64,000 nucleotides of DNA from Camelus dromedarius (taxonomy: Eukaryota). The notes beneath the pieces are model-generated. The model was not told the DNA's origin. It saw only the letters and a list, made by a program, of their open reading frames with translations, and searched no databases. Positions 58,456-64,000 of this stretch are shown in pieces (the first letter of the stretch is position 1; every line of letters begins with the position of its first letter). The position numbers were made by a program, and so were the translations under genes. The DNA lies in NCBI RefSeq assembly GCF_036321535.1, contig NC_087472.1, positions 61,628,001 through 61,692,000 on the forward strand, given 5' to 3'.

Positions 58456-60419
58456 AGCCTGCCTCCTTCCCCATTTTCCAGGGGAAGAAATGGAGGTTCA
58501 AGGAAGTGAAGGGACTTGCCCCAAGTCACACAAATAAGTAAGTCATAAGGACCAGAAGCCCCAGGATAAGGTACCAGGCAGTCACCTCCCAGCATGCTGG
58601 CCCTGCAGTGCCCCCATCTCGGGACCTCCCACCCTATCATTCTGTCAACACCTCCTTTACAGGCAGGGCCAGGCCAGTCCAGGCCCAGCACAGGCTGGGA
58701 CCAAGCAGAGATTGTGGCCTTCTCCTCACATCTCCCAGTTCCTGTCCCACTCACAAGCCAGGCTTCCCTAGACCCCTGCCAATCCCTTCTCTGTTTCCTT
58801 TCTGGGTCACAGCTTAGTCCAGCTCTCCTTCCACTCCTAAGCCCCAGCAAAGAGCCTGTCTATGCTGCCCATTTCCACACAAGGCCACTGGGGGCTGGAT
58901 GGAGGTAGGGGGCCTGCAGTTCTGTTCTGTGGGTCCTCCTGGCTTAATTAGCATGCTGCCTGGAACAGCAAGTCAGAAGTGGCAGGCAGGCGCCGAGACA
59001 CTCCCCCTGGGCCCCAAACCACCGCCTGCCTCCCCCTCCTCCTCCTCTCTCCTTACCAGCAACAGAGGAGGCCTGTGTGCAGTGGGAAGGAAGGCAGTGG
59101 CCTTACACCTCCACCTCTGCGCTGAGGAATTGGGTGGGGAGAGGCGTGCAGCACATGCATAAACACGGGGAGATAATTGCTTCCCTCAAATGTGAAGGAA
59201 AGGGAGGGGGCAAGGAGGAAACGGCAATTCACTAAGCACCTACCCATATGCTGCCACGTGTTATTCTAGCTAATCCCCATGGCCACCCTATGTGGGAGAT
59301 GTAGGCTCCCTGAGAGCAGAGGAGTAAACTGAGGCTGGGAGAGGTGGTATCTTGGGTCCTGGCCCCACAGGGAGCAACTGGGTGAGGGAACTGGAACCCA
59401 GGTTCACCTGTCTCCAGGTACCTTTCCAAAGACCCAACCTGACTCCACAAACCTCCCCCTGCCCTGTTGTCCTCTTCTTCCAAAAAGCTCTCTTCTTTAG
59501 TGGAGGAGTGGCCAGTTCAGATGGAGAGCCAAAGTGGAAGAGAGTGGATGGGGCAATCGGCATAACCTAGTCTCCCCTCCCAAGCCCTAATCTCTGAAAA
59601 GACCAGCTCCCACTCAGGAAACTTTGGGTTGAAAGTCTCTCCCCTCCCAGTCCCAACCCTACTCCATCCAGGGATTCTCACCTTAGGATGCTTCCTCCCA
59701 CCTGATCCCATCTTGGCTCCCAGGGACCCTCTGGCCTTAGGCTGTAGGTCTCAGGGACAGTCCATGGTGCCGAAATGTGTGGATAATAGTGAAAGCCAGA
59801 CTACAGCTATCTTTAGAGATATCAGGCACTGGGCAGAGAACTTGGCAAATGTCATTGACCTCATGACAACACCATTGGAGATACTCTTATTTCCCCCACT
59901 TTAAAGGCAAGGAAACAAATCACGGAGAAGCAAAGGAACTCGTTCTAGGAGCACCAGGCAGCTGGGCTCCAAAAACCATGCTCTGAGGGTCCCTGGAGGA
60001 CAGGGCTGGCTGTGAGGAGGAGGGGATGGTGGTAGCTCCAGGAACGGGTTTGAGCGAATGGGGATGGTCATGGAACAGAATCCAGCAGCCTCTTGGCTTC
60101 TACAGGAAACCCTCCAGACTTGGCGATGGGGTTCCCGCTCTGACCCTGGAGTGTCTGCCAGCTCACCCCTTCCAGAAGCACTGCCAAACTGCTCCCTGGT
60201 GGCTAGTGGTGTTTAGAGCCATCTGCAGTATGTCCTTCTCGAGGAGCTGAGGCCATGGGGGTGAGATGCAGCTCAGGCCCCAGTCCCCTACCTGGTAAGG
60301 ACAGAGCCTAGGGGAGGCCCAGCAGGTGGTAAGATTCCAGGTGGGATCCTAGCTTGCAGGCTCCACTCCTGCACCCTCTCTCCTGATCTGGGCCTGAGGC
60401 CTCCAGGCTCTTAGAGAAA

Positions 60420-60925
60420 GATTGCTAAAATCAAATTGCAATTAACAGAGGCAATTATCCACCTATTAGAAAAAGTCCCCTGAGCCAGGCCTGTGCTGTG
60501 AGCTGCCTGGGCCTGACTGAGCAGCTGGGCCCCAAGGGAGGCCCCAGGGCAGGGCAGCAACCAAGGGTTACAGGGAGGCAGGCAGCACCTAAGCCTGGAG
60601 GGTGGCCTCTGAAGGAGCCTAAGAGGGGTCACTAGGAGCTTGGATCTGCACAGTTCCCTGAGGAGGGAGCCCTAGGCTTCAGCACTGGAGGGAGGACGCA
60701 CGGGGGGAGGGGGAGGGGGGTTGCCCCACTTCTCCAGCGCCCTCGGCCCCTCCTCTCCAAAAGGCTTTCCTAGAGGGCCGACCTGGGGCAGTCTGTGTGT
60801 CTGGAAGAACAAAGGAAAGAAAAATCACACAATGACCCTCCAGGGAGAGCTGATAACATTTTCACTTGAAAATTACCAGAGAACAGATTGTCTTATGCAA
60901 ATTATATGCAAATCACACTCCGGTT
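60420..60925. promoter_or_regulatory. Enhancer-like region with a homeodomain cluster and tandem octamers
   Basis: CAATTA at 60439 and 60452; ATGCAAAT at 60895-60902 and 60906-60913. Confidence 0.5.
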
Positions 60926-61299
60926 GATCCTTTCTGAGCACTACCCAGAGTTCTTCCAGCTCTTTCCCTGATAGAGTAGGATGGGGGAGGGGAAGGGCCC
61001 TCAGGGAAATCTGGGTTTAGGGTGAAATCTTGCCTGGAACCAGGCTGAATAAAGTGACCCCTTAGCTTTCTGCCCAGCACACTGTCTGTCCACTCTGAGT
61101 CTTGCTGCATTTATATAAACCCTACAGAAACCTCCCTGTACTTAAACCCCAAATCCAATGGGGGCTCAGGATGGCCTGTGTCATGGGGACCTCCCATTTG
61201 CAGAAGATATTTGAGGTAGGCTAGGTGGAGTAGAGTATTAGGCTAAGAATCAAGAAACCAGCTGAGAGCTCTCAACTCTCTCCAGGGCAGACCTCACTG

Positions 61300-62110
61300 C
61301 TGGGCTGCAAATGCAGCTTTTCTAGAACTAGATGACCTGCCACTCAGGCGGCCACATGTTTGTTCCCTCTGTGTTCCTGCCTCAGAGCCTGGCAAACTCA
61401 TCTACCCAGTTGTTCAAGCCAGAGCCTGGGAATCATCCTCGACTCCCACCCATCCCCTGCACTGAATCCTTCCAGACTCATCTACCACCTACAAGTCTTA
61501 GGAGATTTGTCCCCTCTTCTCTGTTCCCCAGGGCCACAGCTGTAGTTTATCTGTCACCTCTTCCCTGATCTATTCCAGAGGCCTTCTGGGTGGGCTTCTG
61601 CTTCCAGGCCAGCCTCCACCCTGCTTTCACAGCGGCTCTTCCTACAAAGCCAACTGAGCACGCTTGCTGCAAACCTTCCAGGGGATCCCCAGGCCTAGCA
61701 AATCCAGTCTAGCCTCCTTGGGCTGGTGCACAAGACCTTTAAGGCACAGGCTGCAGGCTCATCTCCCACACTGGCCTCCACGTCCTCCGTGCTCCCCACC
61801 ACGTGCCATCTTACCACCCACCAAGCACCCACATTCTGCCAGGTCTTCCCCACCTTCATGAGCCTTTCCTCCCCTAAAATATCTTCCCCCCTCGCTCCCA
61901 CACCCCAGTGACACTATATCTATTCTTCATGTCTGGGAGACATTCACTGCCTGCCAGCGTTCCCCCACCACACACTTCACACACACACCCCTCCCAGCTG
62001 TCATTGCGTTTCTCCCTCCTTGATTCTCCCTTGGCATTTTTCCCATAACCAAAATGAATTCATATTTGTATCCCTAGCACCTAATCGATGATGAATGAAT
62101 GAATGAAGAA
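61300..62110 (+). mobile_element. L2 3' region
   Basis: cctgggaatcatcctcgactccc..ccagaggccttctgggtgggcttc..ccctagcacc..gaatgaatgaatgaa. Confidence 0.7.
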
Positions 62111-62134
62111 AGAAATGTGAATGAAGGAGTTGGT

Positions 62135-62310
62135 GAATTAATGGCACCTGGGTTTGATTCCTGGCTCTGCCATGGGTGAATTGCCTCTCTGAGCCTCAGG
62201 CTCCTTATCTGTAAATTGGGGTAGTAATGCTTACCTCATTGTGAGGATTCACCGAGGCAAGGCATGGAAAGTCACCTAGAGCTCCTGGGATCCACTAGAT
62301 GCTCAAGAAA
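62135..62310 (+). mobile_element. MIR
   Basis: cctgggtttgattcctggctctgcc..ctctctgagcctcagg..atctgtaaattggg. Confidence 0.8.
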
Positions 62311-62314
62311 CCCG

Positions 62315-63042
62315 AGATGAGAACACTTCTATAATGTTGGTGGGAATGTAAACTGGTGCAGCCACTAAGGAGGACAGTATGGAGGTTTCCTAAAAAAATG
62401 AAAAATAGTTACCATATGATCCAGCAATCCCACTCCTGGGCATATATCTGGAGAAAATTCTAATTCGAAAAGNNNNNNNNNNNNNNNNNNNNNNNNNNNN
62501 NNNNNNNNNNNNNNNNNNNNNNNNNNNNNNNNNNNNNNNNNNNNNNNNNNNNNNNNNNNNNNNNNNNNNNNNNNNNNNNNNNNNNNNNNNNNNNNNNNNN
62601 NNNNNNNNNNNNNNNNNNNNNNNNNNNNNNNNNNNNNNNNNNNNNNNNNNNNNNNNNNNNNNNNNNNNNNNNNNNNNNNNNNNNNNNNNNNNNNNNNNNN
62701 NNNNNNNNNNNNNNNNNNNNNNNNNNNNNNNNNNNNNNNNNCTCATTTATGAAACAGAAACAGACTCATTGACATAGAAAACAAACTTATGATTATCAAA
62801 GGGGAAAGGAGAGTGAAGGATAAATTAGGAGTTTGAGCTTAGCAAATATAAACTATTATATACAAAATGATAAACAGCAAGGTCCTACTGCATAGTACAG
62901 GGCACTATACTCAATGTCCTGTAATAAACCATAATGGAAAAGAATATGAAAAAGAATATATATATGTATAACTGAATCATTTGGCTACACACTAGAAACT
63001 AACAGAACATTGTAAATCAACTATACTTCAATTAAAAAAATT
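62315..63042 (+). mobile_element. L1 (artiodactyl type) ORF2 C-terminus and 3'UTR, with a gap at 62473-62741
   Basis: tgttggtgggaatgtaaactggtgcagccac..ccatatgatccagcaatcccactcctggg; ends aacattgtaaatcaactatacttcaattaaaaaaa. Confidence 0.9.
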
Positions 63043-63539
63043 TTTTTTAAAAAGCAACCCCAGGTGAATTCTCACCTGTCCAAAGTGAGAGTTGAGTTCA
63101 AGAACATGGGTCTTCTTAGCCAACATGGCCCAATGGCCACAGTCTCTATGGTCCTTGCCCGGGGATTCCCTCAGCCCTGGATCCAGCCTCCATTCCTAAA
63201 GGCTGTCTAGAGGCCCCCTGCCAAGTTGGTCACAGGTGCAAAGACACATCTCCTAGAGGAAGTCCTCAGACATCACTGGCATTCAGGGGAGGCCTTCTTG
63301 AGACTTCTGCCCACATGGCCAAAATCCTGTGATACAAGAGGCATATCAAATGAAGAAGGGGAAGGAACTCAAGGAACCAAACTTTCCTCTGCCAATAGGC
63401 ACCTATATAAACGTGGGGCCCCTCTGGACCAAACATCTGCATCCTTCATGTGGGGCTGGTGATACATGTATGCCATTACTAGCTCGTTGTGAGAATGGAA
63501 TGCAATTGTGTACATGACACGACTAGCACAGGGCTTGGC

Positions 63540-63870
63540 ACACAGGGATAATAGCAGCTAGCATTTAATGAGCACTTACTACAGTCATAACATGAAATAT
63601 GTCACACAGATTTGCTCATTTAATTCTCACAGTGACCCTGTGAGAATAAATACGACTATAATCACCTCCCTTTAATTGCCGTGTAACTTAAGGCCAAGAG
63701 AGGTGAAGCTATTTGCTCCTGGCTATGCAGCTTATAAGTGGTTGTAGCCGGTTTGTTGAAGTATAATTTACAGACCATACAATTTACCTATTTGAAGTGT
63801 ACAAGTCAATGATTTTTAGTGTTTTCACAGGGCAGAGTGAGATTTAGAATTCAACTCTCTGATTCCAGAT
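63540..63870 (-). mobile_element. MIR containing a short L1-type insert (about 63750-63820)
   Basis: tttaatgagcacttact..ggccaagagaggtgaagc.. ttgaagtataatttacagaccatac.. gagatttagaattcaactctctgattcc. Confidence 0.65.
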
Positions 63871-64000
63871 CCTGCTTGGGTAACCTGCCTGCGTACAGGC
63901 TAATGCTCACAGCCTATACAAATGAGCACCATTTCCCATGGGTCTTTACTCACCTCTGCATCTGCGATCGAAACCCCAGCCTTCCTCTGACAGAGTCCCT

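Noticed and set aside
1-64000. CRISPR arrays, rRNA, operons or other prokaryotic systems
   Set aside because: The sequence is mammalian, and no regularly spaced repeat-spacer array or rRNA is present.

Overview
This is mammalian genomic DNA, almost certainly camelid (alpaca, llama or camel). The evidence is 13 copies of a tRNA-Ala(AGC)-derived SINE of the camelid Vic-1 type plus camelid/artiodactyl-style L1 3' ends. I recognise no protein-coding exon: the ORF-track products are low-complexity, repeat-derived or run through N gaps. The window looks like a large intron or intergenic regulatory domain. It is rich in ancient MIR and L2 repeats and hAT DNA transposon fossils (MER5, MER53, MER91-like), and carries MaLR LTRs and five ERV1-type LTRs, four of them clustered at 45.6-53.8 kb. 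Repeat-free islands carry dense POU-octamer, SOX, homeodomain and MEIS/PBX motifs (6.1, 12.9, 31.6, 37.8, 47.2, 51.6, 60.4 and 60.9 kb), and a strong CTCF motif sits in a CpG-rich island at about 30 kb. Three of the five assembly gaps lie in or just beside GC-rich, promoter-like sequence and could hide first exons. Leads worth following are a possible minus-strand spliced non-coding transcript (about 38.4 kb and/or 21.4 kb down to a UGUA/AATAAA end at about 16.6 kb), a tandem octamer pair one helical turn apart, a twin-primed L1 inversion, a probable L1 3' transduction, a SINE dimer inside one TSD, and an inverted SINE pair bracketing an enhancer-like element. Repeat family names come from recalled consensus sequences, not a RepeatMasker run. 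Boundaries without a stated TSD are approximate.
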